In this document: positions 1 through 12,002 of the stretch, in pieces
Layout: each line of letters opens with the position of its first letter
Numbering within the stretch: the stretch's first letter is position 1
NCBI GenBank assembly: GCA_041736225.1
Contig: JBGSUG010000405.1
Location: forward strand, 1 to 39,110
Source: Candidatus Aminicenantales bacterium
GTDB lineage: Bacteria; Acidobacteriota; Aminicenantia; Aminicenantales; Saccharicenantaceae
Length of the DNA stretch: 39,110 nucleotides
Reading direction: 5' to 3'
Position numbers and translations under genes: made by a program
The notes under the pieces: model-generated
What the model saw: only the letters and a program-made list of their open reading frames with translations
What the model was told of the DNA's origin: nothing
Databases searched by the model: none

Positions 1-105
1 GGCGGTCACCGCCGGTGTCCGGGAGTAGATCAAACCAAGATCGAGCCGGTCGGGGTAGCGTATCCCGGCCTTGACCGCCGCGGCGGAAAATCCTTTCACC
101 TGCAT
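1..105 (-). CDS. argJ: Ornithine acetyltransferase/N-acetylglutamate synthase ArgJ, N-terminal part (runs off window)
   Basis: Manual translation from ATG at 105: MQVKGFSAAAVKAGIRYPDRLDLGLIYSRTPAVTA, matching the ArgJ N-terminus (GF.A..vkaGi....DLgLI.S..PA). Not in the ORF track. Confidence 0.8.
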   Translation of the reverse strand, partial: MQVKGFSAAAVKAGIRYPDRLDLGLIYSRTPAVTA

Positions 106-383
106 ATAAAACGTCCTGTCATTCTTCGCGTTGTCTGAAAAAAGCCTCCAATCACTCTACCAGAACGGGGAAGAAAGGAAAGAATGAAGAATTCTTAAAT
201 CACCATTTCCCTTGCCTCAGCCGTGGTTTTGTGCCACCCTAGGCACTGCGCTGGCCACCGGTTACCTGGCCCCAGGCCGCCCCACCAAACCCGACTGTCA
301 CCGGTACATCCGCTCTGTCGATCAACCCTTTCCATGGATCGCCACCAACACCGGGCAACCCGCCGATCACGCCCCTGAACCCC

Positions 384-1844
384 ATGGACCGATTTACCTG
401 GATCCTCACCACCTCGATCTTTGTCGCCGACTTGGCCATCCGCATCGGCTTCTCCCTGCGGATCATCATGCGCAAGCGTGCGGCCAGCGTCTCATTTGCC
501 TGGCTGGCGGTGATCCTCTCCATCCCCTTTGTCGGCGCCATCCTCTACCTGCTCTTCGGCGAGACCCGGCTGGGCGAGCGCCGGGCCAGCCGCCTGCTCA
601 AGAACAGGCCGGTGATCAAGGAATGGTCGAACGCCCTGCAACACAAGCCCCACATCGACTGGACCCGGATCAACCCCGAATGCATCCCCCTGGACCGGCA
701 GATCAGCGCCACCACCGGCATGCCAACCATGCCGGGCAATGCGCTGGTGCTCATCGACCGGGCGGAAGAATTCTTCCGCCTGCTTATCGACGACATCCGG
801 GCGGCCAATTCCAGCATTTTCCTGGAATTCTATATCCTCGGCGAGGGCGGCCAGATGGACCAGTTGATCGAGGCCCTGCTTACGGCTGCCGGTCGGGGCG
901 TCACCTGCCGCCTGCTCCTGGACAGCATCGGTTCCAAGGCCTTTCTCAGGAGCCCGACCGCGGCGCGGCTGCGTGCCAGCGGCATTCAGCTGACCGAGGC
1001 CCTGCCGGCCGGCCTGATCCGGGCCTTGTTCGTCCGCATCGATCTGCGCAATCACCGCAAGATCGCGGTCATCGATGGCCGGATCGCCTACACCGGCAGC
1101 CAGAATCTGGTCGATCCACGCCTGTTCAAACAGGGCAACGGGGTGGGCGAGTGGGTCGACGCCATGGTCAGGATCACCGGGCCGGTGGTCGAACTGCTGA
1201 GCGTCACCTTTCTCCACGACTGGCTGCTGGAGAGCAACAAACGTCTGGCCGGCCAGGCCGGGCCGACCGATATCCGCCAGGTCGCGCCGGTCGGCGAGGC
1301 CCTGGTGCAACTGGCGCCCTCCGGCCCCGGGTACGGCGAGGGAACCATCCATGACCTGCTGCTGACCACCCTCTATGCCGCCCGCCGGGAGTTGATCCTG
1401 ACCACGCCCTACTTCGTGCCTGATAACGCCATCCTGGCCGCGCTCATATCCGCGGCCCAGCGCGGAGTAGAGGTGACGCTCATCGTGCCGGAGAAGAACG
1501 ACTCCCGCCTGGTGCACTACGCCAGCCGGGCCCGATACAACGCGCTCGCCCGGGCCGGGGTGCGGATCATGGCCTTTTCCGGGGGCCTGCTCCACACCAA
1601 GACGATCACGGTCGATGGCGATTTCTGCCTGTTTGGTTCGGTGAACCTGGACATGCGCAGTTTCTGGCTCAACTTCGAGATGACCCTGTTCGTCTATGAC
1701 CGGGCATTCACCGATCAGGTTCGGGCCCTGCAGCATGGCTATCTCAGGGCAGCCACCGCGCATGATCTTGAGGCCTCCCAATCCCGCCCCTTCCGGGAAC
1801 GGCTGCTGGAGAACATTGCCCTCCTGGTGGGGCCGCTCTTGTGA
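384..1844 (+). CDS. cls: Cardiolipin synthase (PLD family)
   Basis: Two N-terminal TM helices and two HKD motifs (NHRKIAVID, LHTKTITVD), plus GSVNLDMRSFWLNFE. Confidence 0.95.
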   Translation: MDRFTWILTTSIFVADLAIRIGFSLRIIMRKRAASVSFAWLAVILSIPFVGAILYLLFGETRLGERRASRLLKNRPVIKEWSNALQHKPHIDWTRINPECIPLDRQISATTGMPTMPGNALVLIDRAEEFFRLLIDDIRAANSSIFLEFYILGEGGQMDQLIEALLTAAGRGVTCRLLLDSIGSKAFLRSPTAARLRASGIQLTEALPAGLIRALFVRIDLRNHRKIAVIDGRIAYTGSQNLVDPRLFKQGNGVGEWVDAMVRITGPVVELLSVTFLHDWLLESNKRLAGQAGPTDIRQVAPVGEALVQLAPSGPGYGEGTIHDLLLTTLYAARRELILTTPYFVPDNAILAALISAAQRGVEVTLIVPEKNDSRLVHYASRARYNALARAGVRIMAFSGGLLHTKTITVDGDFCLFGSVNLDMRSFWLNFEMTLFVYDRAFTDQVRALQHGYLRAATAHDLEASQSRPFRERLLENIALLVGPLL

Positions 1845-1953
1845 TCACGGCGGCCAGACAGCGCCCACAGGCCCATTGCTTTCAGGCCAGCATCAAGCAA
1901 GACCTGCACCCTGCCCCGGCCAGCCGCCGGACGCAGGCCAACCCGAGGAGATC

Positions 1954-2670
1954 ATGAACATCCTGGTCATCAGCGACATTCACGGCAATTACCCGGCCCT
2001 GCAGGCCATTGAGGAGCAGGTGCGGGATCTCGCCTGCGAGTACATCCTCAACTGCGGCGACACCACCGTCTACGCCCCCTTCCCCAACGAATGCATTGAC
2101 TGGCTGCGGCAGCACAAGGCCTTCAGTATCCGCGGCAACACCGACGACAAGGTTATCCGGCTCTTGAAGGGCAAGGATTTCAAAAAACCCTCCAAACCGG
2201 ACAAGCGGATCATGTACACCAGCACCGCAGCCGCGCTCTCCGAGGGAAACATCCGCTTTCTCCTGGACCTGAAGAAAAAGAAGCTGCTCCGCCTGGGTAA
2301 GACCTTCATTGGCCTGTTCCACGGCAGCCCGGCCGACCACGACGAACAGCTGTTCGCCGACACCCCGGAGAAGCGCTTCCGTGAACTGGCGGCGGACATG
2401 AGCTGCGAGGTGGTGATCACCGGCCATTCGCACTCGCCCTTTCATCGCCATGTCAAAGGTGTGCATTTCATCAATCCGGGCTCTGCGGGGAGGATGTTCG
2501 ACGATAACCCCGAGGCGGCCTACGCTATCCTGCACATCAAGAACGGCAGGATCGAGGTCAGTCACCACCGCTGCGCCTACGATGTCGAGGCCGTGGTCCG
2601 GGCACTGTCGGAGCGTCAACTGCCGCCAATCTATGGGGAGATGTTCCGGGCTGGGCGGAAAACGAATTGA
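1954..2670 (+). CDS. Metallophosphoesterase (YfcE/MJ0936 calcineurin-like family)
   Basis: Motifs SDIHGN, CGD, RGNTD, FHGSP, GHSH, NPGS. RBS GAGGAG just before ATG 1954. Confidence 0.9.
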   Translation: MNILVISDIHGNYPALQAIEEQVRDLACEYILNCGDTTVYAPFPNECIDWLRQHKAFSIRGNTDDKVIRLLKGKDFKKPSKPDKRIMYTSTAAALSEGNIRFLLDLKKKKLLRLGKTFIGLFHGSPADHDEQLFADTPEKRFRELAADMSCEVVITGHSHSPFHRHVKGVHFINPGSAGRMFDDNPEAAYAILHIKNGRIEVSHHRCAYDVEAVVRALSERQLPPIYGEMFRAGRKTN

Positions 2671-2709
2671 GGCGGAAAACGGTTGTGGCAGGGAATTGAA
2701 GCAGGACGG

Positions 2710-3414
2710 CTAGAGGGGACGATCGTCATCCATCTTGACGATGGCGCGCAGGATCAGGGTGTCCAGGGGCATACCCCGCTGGGCGGTGATTTCCGAGGGC
2801 GGCAGCCTGGTGGTGACGATGGCGGTCTGCTCCCAGGTCAGCATGTGCGCGACCGCGGGCACGCCGGTGAGCCCTCCGTTGACCATGGCCTTCACCAGGG
2901 TGCCCTGGAGAATGAAGATCAAGCCCGAGGCGCCGGAGGCGAGGTTGGACACCTCTACCCGAAAGGAGGATTGCTCCAGCGAAATGAGCTGGAGCAGATC
3001 GATCAGGCGGAAGACTTCCCCGCTCGGCATCAAGACCTCCTCCTTGGCAAACCCGAGCACCAGATCGACAAGCTCCTCGGCGTGGAAGGGCTTGCGCAGC
3101 ACGGCCACCGCGCCGCCGCTGCGCAAGGTCTGCTCATAGGCCTCGTGCAGCCCGCTGTTATTGAACAGGACCACGCGGACATCGGGATGCTCCTGTCGGG
3201 CGAGCAAGAGCAGGTCGAGACCGCTGGCCCCTCCCAGGTTGATGTTCACCGCCAGGAGATGGACGATGAACCGCTCCAGGATCGAGACCGCCTTGGCCGG
3301 CTGGGTGGCGAACGCCGCCTGGCAACGATCCGCATAGGGGGCGAACTGCTCTTTCAGCTGGTGGAGGAACAGGTTGTCCCGATCCACGATGAGGATGTTT
3401 TTCCGCTGGGTCAT
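2710..3414 (-). CDS. Atypical response-regulator receiver fused to DUF4388 (PatA-N-like) domain
   Basis: N-terminal NILIVD...G.DLL...VLRKPF receiver fold. C-terminal LIDLLQLISLEQSS...SGLIFILQGTLVKA is typical of DUF4388. Start taken at MTQRK (3414). Confidence 0.8.
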   Translation of the reverse strand: MTQRKNILIVDRDNLFLHQLKEQFAPYADRCQAAFATQPAKAVSILERFIVHLLAVNINLGGASGLDLLLLARQEHPDVRVVLFNNSGLHEAYEQTLRSGGAVAVLRKPFHAEELVDLVLGFAKEEVLMPSGEVFRLIDLLQLISLEQSSFRVEVSNLASGASGLIFILQGTLVKAMVNGGLTGVPAVAHMLTWEQTAIVTTRLPPSEITAQRGMPLDTLILRAIVKMDDDRPL

Positions 3415-3476
3415 GGTGATGTATCCTTGCCCTGCACCCTGGCGCCGGTGGGCGGGCACGCCTTTGCGACGCTCTG

Positions 3477-4553
3477 CTACGCGAAGGAGTCGGGAAGCAC
3501 CTCTTCCTCAGGAGCGATTACCTCATACAGCGGGATGTCCCGTTCGTTGAGGTACTTGATGGCCGTCAGCCGCACCTGTTCGGCATGCTCGGCGCCGACA
3601 TGGTCCGCGAGGATGTCGATCATCGTTTTCACCGCGCTGGCCGGATCGGTCTTGAAGCCGCTGATCCGATCCTGCTTGATCGCAAAGAGTTTGCTGAAGG
3701 TCTTGTTTCGGTCCCATCCCCCCAGGGCCCCAGTCACGGATTCGATCAGCCGCATGGCCTCGAGTTCGGCCAGGATGTCGTTGGCAAGCCCCAGATAGTT
3801 GTCCGAAAGCTCCCGATGCTTGAGCAGATCCAGGCCAACGTCCAGATTGTACATCCGGTAGAGAAACTCGGGCACCAGATCGCCCTGGATGATGGAACCG
3901 TGCTGCGGCGCGATCATCTCCGGCCTGGGGGAAAGGTTGCGGATCCTGGTCACCGCCAGTTGCAGCGCCTCCTTGGAGGGCATGTACAACTGGTGAAATG
4001 CCTGAATGCCTTCCCAGGACGCCTCGGTGGCGTAGAGATCCTGCGAATGCGACAGGCCTCCGAACAGATCTCCGGAAAAAAGCGTTCGACTGGCGAGGTC
4101 GTAGTACATCATTGCGCCGCGAAAATGGCAGAAAGGAGAAGGAACGAACTCCAGCAGTTGGCCGCCCGGCATTTGCACCCGACTGCTCCGGTAGCTCTCC
4201 ACTGCCCGGAACCGCTTCTCGTTGAGGCCAAAAAACCGGATCAACCGCCAGGTGTCTTCCGAGGCAATCACCTGGACGCCGGGGTTCAGCCGCTGAATGT
4301 AATGGGCGTTGGGGACGACGTCCGGGTCCTGGTGATTGATGAGGATGGCGGTGACCTTGTCCAACCCGCCGGTTATGGGCCGGATAGCCTTCTGCAGCGG
4401 TTCCAGAAGCGGCTCCGGGCCGGGATCGAGGAGCAGATGATCCCATCCGCGCGAAGCGCTCTGGTACGACAGCAGGTAGATGTTCAGTTCCAGCAGTGAA
4501 TCGGACCGATTCAGCAGCCACCACACATTTTTTGCAATTTCAACGGGTTTCAT
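3477..4553 (-). CDS. MBL-fold di-iron protein, ODP (oxygen-binding di-iron protein)/FprA-like, with C-terminal extension
   Basis: LLDPG, NHQDPD, HFRG, LFSGDLFG, FHQLYMPS and IAPQHGS motifs. No flavodoxin domain evident. Confidence 0.8.
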   Translation of the reverse strand: MKPVEIAKNVWWLLNRSDSLLELNIYLLSYQSASRGWDHLLLDPGPEPLLEPLQKAIRPITGGLDKVTAILINHQDPDVVPNAHYIQRLNPGVQVIASEDTWRLIRFFGLNEKRFRAVESYRSSRVQMPGGQLLEFVPSPFCHFRGAMMYYDLASRTLFSGDLFGGLSHSQDLYATEASWEGIQAFHQLYMPSKEALQLAVTRIRNLSPRPEMIAPQHGSIIQGDLVPEFLYRMYNLDVGLDLLKHRELSDNYLGLANDILAELEAMRLIESVTGALGGWDRNKTFSKLFAIKQDRISGFKTDPASAVKTMIDILADHVGAEHAEQVRLTAIKYLNERDIPLYEVIAPEEEVLPDSFA

Positions 4554-4983
4554 GCTTTCCTCTGGGTACATGCTCTCCCGGCAGCGATCAGCCGGGCGGT
4601 CTGGTCAGGCCAATGGGACTGCGTTCTGCATCGACCGTGGCTGGTCCCGCCCTGGACCTCCCCGGCCATCGGGAACAGGCCGGATTCCCGAGGCAGCCGA
4701 CATGTATCGGTATTGCGGCGAAAAAGAAGAAAGAGCGACGTTGCCTGCAGAGAAAAGTTGCATGGCTCCAGCTTTTGCAATAGACAATCACTCAGGTACA
4801 CTGTTGAGAAGAGACATGTCGTGCACTATTTGAGAATCGCTTCTATACTCATAGTGCCAGTGTACGGTTGCGACATTCATTTTTCCAGCGAAAAGAACAC
4901 CCCATCGCATTCATCCCATTGCGGTGACGTGGAGCGGACTCTATCTTCCCGTCCATCCGACCATTAGCCCCGGGAGGCCACCC

Positions 4984-5913
4984 ATGAGCAACGACCAGAA
5001 AGACAAGGACAACAAGAAGAAAAAAGGGGCGCCAGTCGATAAGACCATCGATTTCAAGCTCCAGGAGGGGACCGCGCTTCGCTACCAGGACGAGAAAAAG
5101 GGCAACGGCAAGGTGGCGGTCTGGGTGAGCAAGGCGGCGCTGGATTATGAGGCGGAGCTGAAAAAACTCCAGGTCGAACTGATGAAGCTGCAGCAGGACA
5201 TGAAAAACAGGGGCACGCGGGTGCTGGCCATCTTCGAGGGCCGGGATGCCGCTGGCAAAGGCGGTACCATCAAGCGTATCACCGCCTTCCTCAATCCCCG
5301 CAACACCAGGGTGGTGGCCCTGACCGCGCCCAGCGACAAGGAGGTGACCCAGTGGTACTTCCAGCGCTACGTGCCCCACCTGCCGGCGGCCGGCGAACTG
5401 GTGCTCTTCGACCGCTCCTGGTACAACCGGGCCATGGTCGAGCCGGTCATGGGCTTCTGCACCGACGAGCAGCACAAACGGTTTTTAAAGGACGTACCGC
5501 TGTTTGAAGAGATGCTGGTCAAGGATGGCATCAAGCTGTTCAAGTTCTATTTTTCGGTGTCCAAGGCAGAACAGTCCAAACGCTTCGAGTCACGCAAAAC
5601 CGACATCCTCAAGCAGTACAAGCTCTCGCCGGTGGACAACCTGGCCCAGACCTACTGGGACCAGTATACGGTCAAGAAGTTTCAGATGCTCAACGAGTCG
5701 AACCGCAGCCTGACCCCCTGGACCATCATCCGCTCCGACGACAAGAAACAGGCCCGGCTCAACTGCATCAAGCACATCCTCTCCAACCTGAGCTACGAGA
5801 TGAAACTGCCCGACGAGGAACTGAGGACCAACCCCGGCGTGGTCATCTCCGGCATTGAGGAAATCAAGCACATGGAAGAAAACATGTTTGATCCCAAGCA
5901 GCTGCGAGGATAG
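4984..5913 (+). CDS. ppk2: Polyphosphate kinase 2
   Basis: FEGRDAAGKGG Walker A, WYFQRY, FDRSWYNR, PWTIIRSDDKKQARLN. RBS GGAGG upstream of ATG 4984. Confidence 0.95.
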   Translation: MSNDQKDKDNKKKKGAPVDKTIDFKLQEGTALRYQDEKKGNGKVAVWVSKAALDYEAELKKLQVELMKLQQDMKNRGTRVLAIFEGRDAAGKGGTIKRITAFLNPRNTRVVALTAPSDKEVTQWYFQRYVPHLPAAGELVLFDRSWYNRAMVEPVMGFCTDEQHKRFLKDVPLFEEMLVKDGIKLFKFYFSVSKAEQSKRFESRKTDILKQYKLSPVDNLAQTYWDQYTVKKFQMLNESNRSLTPWTIIRSDDKKQARLNCIKHILSNLSYEMKLPDEELRTNPGVVISGIEEIKHMEENMFDPKQLRG

Positions 5914-5942
5914 GAACAACCGGACGACAAGGCATACAAAAC

Positions 5943-5988
5943 AAAACGCGCCGGGAGGAAATGCAATCCTCCCGGCGCGTTGTTGTTA
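5943..5988. terminator. Bidirectional intrinsic terminator between convergent ppk2 and secA
   Basis: Perfect 15-bp stem AACGCGCCGGGAGGA (5945-5959) / TCCTCCCGGCGCGTT (5967-5981), with A-rich and T-rich flanks. Confidence 0.85.
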
Positions 5989-6025
5989 GCGGTGCTGCCC
6001 GCGGTGGCGGGAATCTCTCTCGCTC

Positions 6026-8710
<2,685 letters not shown>

Positions 8711-8748
8711 TTATCATTATTTATCAGAAAGGGGTTTTGAAGTCAATG

Positions 8749-8778
8749 TTGACAAGGGCCCTCTTCCGGCCCTAAACT
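8749..8778 (+). promoter_or_regulatory. Sigma70-type promoter of the kinase-like gene
   Basis: TTGACA (8749-8754), 18 bp, TAAACT (8773-8778). GGAGG RBS before ATG 8818. Confidence 0.55.
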
Positions 8779-8817
8779 CGCTGCGGAAGGGATTCCCGAG
8801 CAGGGGAGGGAAAAGTC

Positions 8818-9648
8818 ATGAAAAAAGCCGTGCTGGTGTTCTGTGCCGTCGTCTACCTGGGCGCCTGGAGCGCGCTCCCGGCCCAGCTGACCGAGGCCGA
8901 TCAGGCCGACTACGACAAATGGGAGGATTTCCTCAAGACGGCCACGGTCGTCGCCCAAGAGCGTCTGACCGGCGAGAGGGCGGTGACGCAGCCGTATATC
9001 CTGACCCTGGAGAAGGACGGCGTCCGGCGCCAGGCGCTCTGGAAGGATGTCCTGGGGGAGCGGGTCGGCGGCTTCAAGGAGACCTGGAAAGGGGAGATCG
9101 CCGCCTACCGCTTGAGCCGCCATCTGGGCCTGCACATGGTGCCGGCGACGGTCGAACGCGAATTCGAGGGCAGCCGGGGATCGGCCCAGATCTGGGTGGC
9201 CTCCTGGAACACGATGGAGGAGGTGCGTAAGAAGAAGCTCAATCCGCCGGGCGTCAAGGTCAACGCCTTCTTCCGGCGGCTTTTCCTCCAACGGGCCTTC
9301 GACAATCTGATTTCCAACGAGGACCGCCACCAGAGGAACTACCTCATCTTGGAGGACTGGCGGATGATCCTCATCGACCACTCCCGGAGCTTCCGGACGA
9401 CGAAGAAGTTCACGACCAAGCTGATCTACGACGAGAAGTACAAGGAAGGCCCGAACTTCATCATGGCCGAGTTGCCCCGGTCCTACGTCGAGGCCATGAA
9501 AGCCCTTACCCCCGAGATCGTCCGGACGGTCGTCGGCGAGTATCTCACCGACGAGGAGATCGCGGCGACCATGGCCCGGCGGGACCTGATCATCGCCTGG
9601 CTCGACAAGCGCATCGCCGAGCTCGGGGAGGCGAAGGTCATCTACTGA
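8818..9648 (+). CDS. Exported atypical kinase-like protein (PI3/PI4K / HipA / Fam20-like catalytic motifs)
   Basis: Signal peptide MKKAVLVFCAVVYLGAWSALPA, then ALWK, EIAAYRLS, VPATV, DNLISNEDRHQRNYL and ILIDHSRSF. Confidence 0.7.
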   Translation: MKKAVLVFCAVVYLGAWSALPAQLTEADQADYDKWEDFLKTATVVAQERLTGERAVTQPYILTLEKDGVRRQALWKDVLGERVGGFKETWKGEIAAYRLSRHLGLHMVPATVEREFEGSRGSAQIWVASWNTMEEVRKKKLNPPGVKVNAFFRRLFLQRAFDNLISNEDRHQRNYLILEDWRMILIDHSRSFRTTKKFTTKLIYDEKYKEGPNFIMAELPRSYVEAMKALTPEIVRTVVGEYLTDEEIAATMARRDLIIAWLDKRIAELGEAKVIY

Positions 9649-9669
9649 CCTCCGCCCTCCCCGAGCGGC

Positions 9670-9713
9670 TTTACATTCGCCGTCCGATATCCTATAATTT
9701 CAATAGGAATTAT
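9670..9713 (+). promoter_or_regulatory. feoAB promoter with overlapping AT-rich palindromic operator (Fur-like)
   Basis: TTTACA (9670-9675), 17 bp, TATAAT (9693-9698). Imperfect inverted repeat ATAATTTC-AATA-GGAATTAT (9694-9713) covers the -10 and start site. Confidence 0.6.
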
Positions 9714-9782
9714 TTACCGGATAACGGAGAATTTGTCTTGCTTCATATAGATAATCGGCTAAACTGATCTACCGGTAAAACC

Positions 9783-10025
9783 ATGAACCTCCTCGACGCC
9801 TCTCACGGAACGCGCCTGCGGATCGTCGACCTCTCGGGAGGTGAAAGCATCCGACGCCGCCTGATGGCCCTGGGCTTCCACAAGGGCGACGTCGTCGAGC
9901 TCGACGGCCAGGCCATCCTGCACGGGCCGCTGCTCGTCCGCAACTGCACCTCGGACACCACCGTCGCCCTGGGCCGGGGCGTGGCCCAGAAGATCCTGGT
10001 CGAGGCGGTCCATGGACCGGCCTGA
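9783..10025 (+). CDS. feoA: Ferrous iron transport protein A
   Basis: RRRLMALGFHKG...GPLLV...VALGRGVAQKILVE, directly upstream of and overlapping feoB. Confidence 0.92.
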   Translation: MNLLDASHGTRLRIVDLSGGESIRRRLMALGFHKGDVVELDGQAILHGPLLVRNCTSDTTVALGRGVAQKILVEAVHGPA

Positions 10026-11943
10026 GGTTCCGGCCGTCATCTTCATCGGCCAGCCCAACAGCGGTAAAAGCACCCTCTTCAATTCCATCGCCGGCAACAA
10101 AGCCGAGACCTCGAACTTCCCCGGCACGTCCATCAAACACACCCATAGCCGGGTCGCCATCGAAGGGCGCCTCCTCGACGTCGTCGACTTGCCCGGGACC
10201 TACTCGCTCTGCTCGTCCGATCCGGCCGAGCGAGTCGTGCTGACCCACCTGTTCGCGGAGAAGCCCGACCTCGTCGTCAACGTCGTCGACGCCTCGACCT
10301 TGAGCCGCGGCCTCGAGCTGACGCTCGAGCTGATCGAGCTCGGCTATCCGACCGTCGTCGCCCTCAACATGGTCGACGTGGCGGAGCGCAAGGGCATCGA
10401 GCTCGACGCCGCCAAGGCCGAGCGCCTCCTCGGCGTCCCCGTCGTCCCGACCATCGCCGCCCACGGGCGCGGCGTCCGCGAGCTTCTGGACAGGGCCTTC
10501 GAAGTCATCGACCATGGCCAGTCCCTCAAGCCGATCCGGTTCTCGGACGACGTGGAGACCGAGGTCGCCGCCGTCGAGCGCCGCCTGCCGCCGGGTTTCC
10601 CCGTTGTCTCCAATCCGAGGTTCACGGCCGTCAAGCTCATCGAGACGGCCGGGCACGCCTGCGGCGATTTCCTCGGCCAAGTGGAACCCGGGCTGAGGGA
10701 GGTCGTCGACCGCGCCCTGAAGGCCATCGAGAAGGACCGCGGCGCGCCGGCCTACGAGGTCATCTCGGCGGAGCGGCACCATCTGGCCATGAAGCTGGCC
10801 GAAGAGACCAGCCGTGTCCTCCACGGCAAGCGGATGACCTGGGACACGAGGATCGACGCGGTCCTCATGCACCCCTTTCTCGGGTACGTCATCCTGGCGG
10901 CGGTCTTCATGGCGTTCTTCGTCATCATCTTCGAGGTCGGCAGCCCCCTCGAGACGCTCCTCCTCGGGCCGTTCAACCGGCTGAGAGACGTGCTGGCGGC
11001 GGGCCTTGGCGACGGGCTTCTCTTCCATCTCGCCGAAGGTCTTGTCCAGGGCGTGGGCGGGGGCGTGGCCATCGTCCTGCCGTATTTCCTGCCTCTCCTC
11101 CTCCTGATGTCGGCCCTCGAGGACACGGGCTATCTGGCCCGGGCCGGGTTCCTCCTCGACGCCTTCATGCACCGGATCGGGCTCCACGGCAAGTCGGTCT
11201 CGCCGTTCATTCTGGGCTTCGGCTGCAACGTCCCGGCCATCGTCTCGACACGTATCCTCGAGTCGCAGAGGGACCGGATCCTGACCTCGCTCCTCATCCC
11301 CTTCATCCCGTGCTCGGCCCGAACGACGATCGTCCTGGCCCTCATCGCCTTCTACCTGGGACCGTTCTGGGCCATGGGCTTCTATGCGGTCAACATCCTC
11401 ATCGTCGCCCTCGTCGGCTGGGCCGTCAGCCGGTTCATGAAGGAGCCTTCGCCGGGGCTCATCCTGGAGATCCCCTCGCTCAAGGCGCCGAGGATCGGGT
11501 CCATCCTGCGCAAGACCTGGCTCCAGATCAGCTCCTTCGTCAAATTCGCCTGGCCCATCCTCATCGTCGGCAGCCTCCTCCTCAGCTTGCTGAGCTATTT
11601 CCGGGCCGACGGGGTGATCAACGATGTCCTGGCCCCGCTCGTCGTCAAGGGACTCGGCCTGCCCCGCGAGCTGGGCGTGACGCTCGTCTTCGGCTTTCTG
11701 CGCAAGGAGCTTTCGCTGATCATGATGCTCCAGGCGCTCGGCGTCGACTACCAGAACCTCATGACGGTCATCAGCCGGGAGCAGATCGTCGTCTTCACCG
11801 TCTTCATCAGTTTCTTCATTCCCTGCCTCTCCACGTTCGTCATCATGTGGAAGGAGATCGGGAAGAAGTGGGCCTTCCTGTCGGTGGGGCTGAGCGTCGC
11901 CGTCGCTCTCGCCCTGAGCTGGGCCGTACGCCTCGTTCTTTAA
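10012..11943 (+). CDS. feoB: Ferrous iron transport protein B
   Basis: GQPNSGKST, NFPGT, DLPGTYSL, LNMVD G-domain. Membrane part with LEDTGYLAR, GFGCNVPA, PCSAR. Confidence 0.96.
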   Translation: MDRPEVPAVIFIGQPNSGKSTLFNSIAGNKAETSNFPGTSIKHTHSRVAIEGRLLDVVDLPGTYSLCSSDPAERVVLTHLFAEKPDLVVNVVDASTLSRGLELTLELIELGYPTVVALNMVDVAERKGIELDAAKAERLLGVPVVPTIAAHGRGVRELLDRAFEVIDHGQSLKPIRFSDDVETEVAAVERRLPPGFPVVSNPRFTAVKLIETAGHACGDFLGQVEPGLREVVDRALKAIEKDRGAPAYEVISAERHHLAMKLAEETSRVLHGKRMTWDTRIDAVLMHPFLGYVILAAVFMAFFVIIFEVGSPLETLLLGPFNRLRDVLAAGLGDGLLFHLAEGLVQGVGGGVAIVLPYFLPLLLLMSALEDTGYLARAGFLLDAFMHRIGLHGKSVSPFILGFGCNVPAIVSTRILESQRDRILTSLLIPFIPCSARTTIVLALIAFYLGPFWAMGFYAVNILIVALVGWAVSRFMKEPSPGLILEIPSLKAPRIGSILRKTWLQISSFVKFAWPILIVGSLLLSLLSYFRADGVINDVLAPLVVKGLGLPRELGVTLVFGFLRKELSLIMMLQALGVDYQNLMTVISREQIVVFTVFISFFIPCLSTFVIMWKEIGKKWAFLSVGLSVAVALALSWAVRLVL

Positions 11944-12002
11944 CACTCCGGCCGTCCCTAACCCCCTGCGAGTTTATCCGCCGGCTGTGTTATAATCGGC
12001 CC

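Noticed and set aside
4554-4983. Small ORFs or a riboswitch in the ODP-ppk2 divergent spacer
   Set aside because: The overlapping short ORFs lack motifs and no known riboswitch consensus was recognised. Most likely a divergent promoter region.
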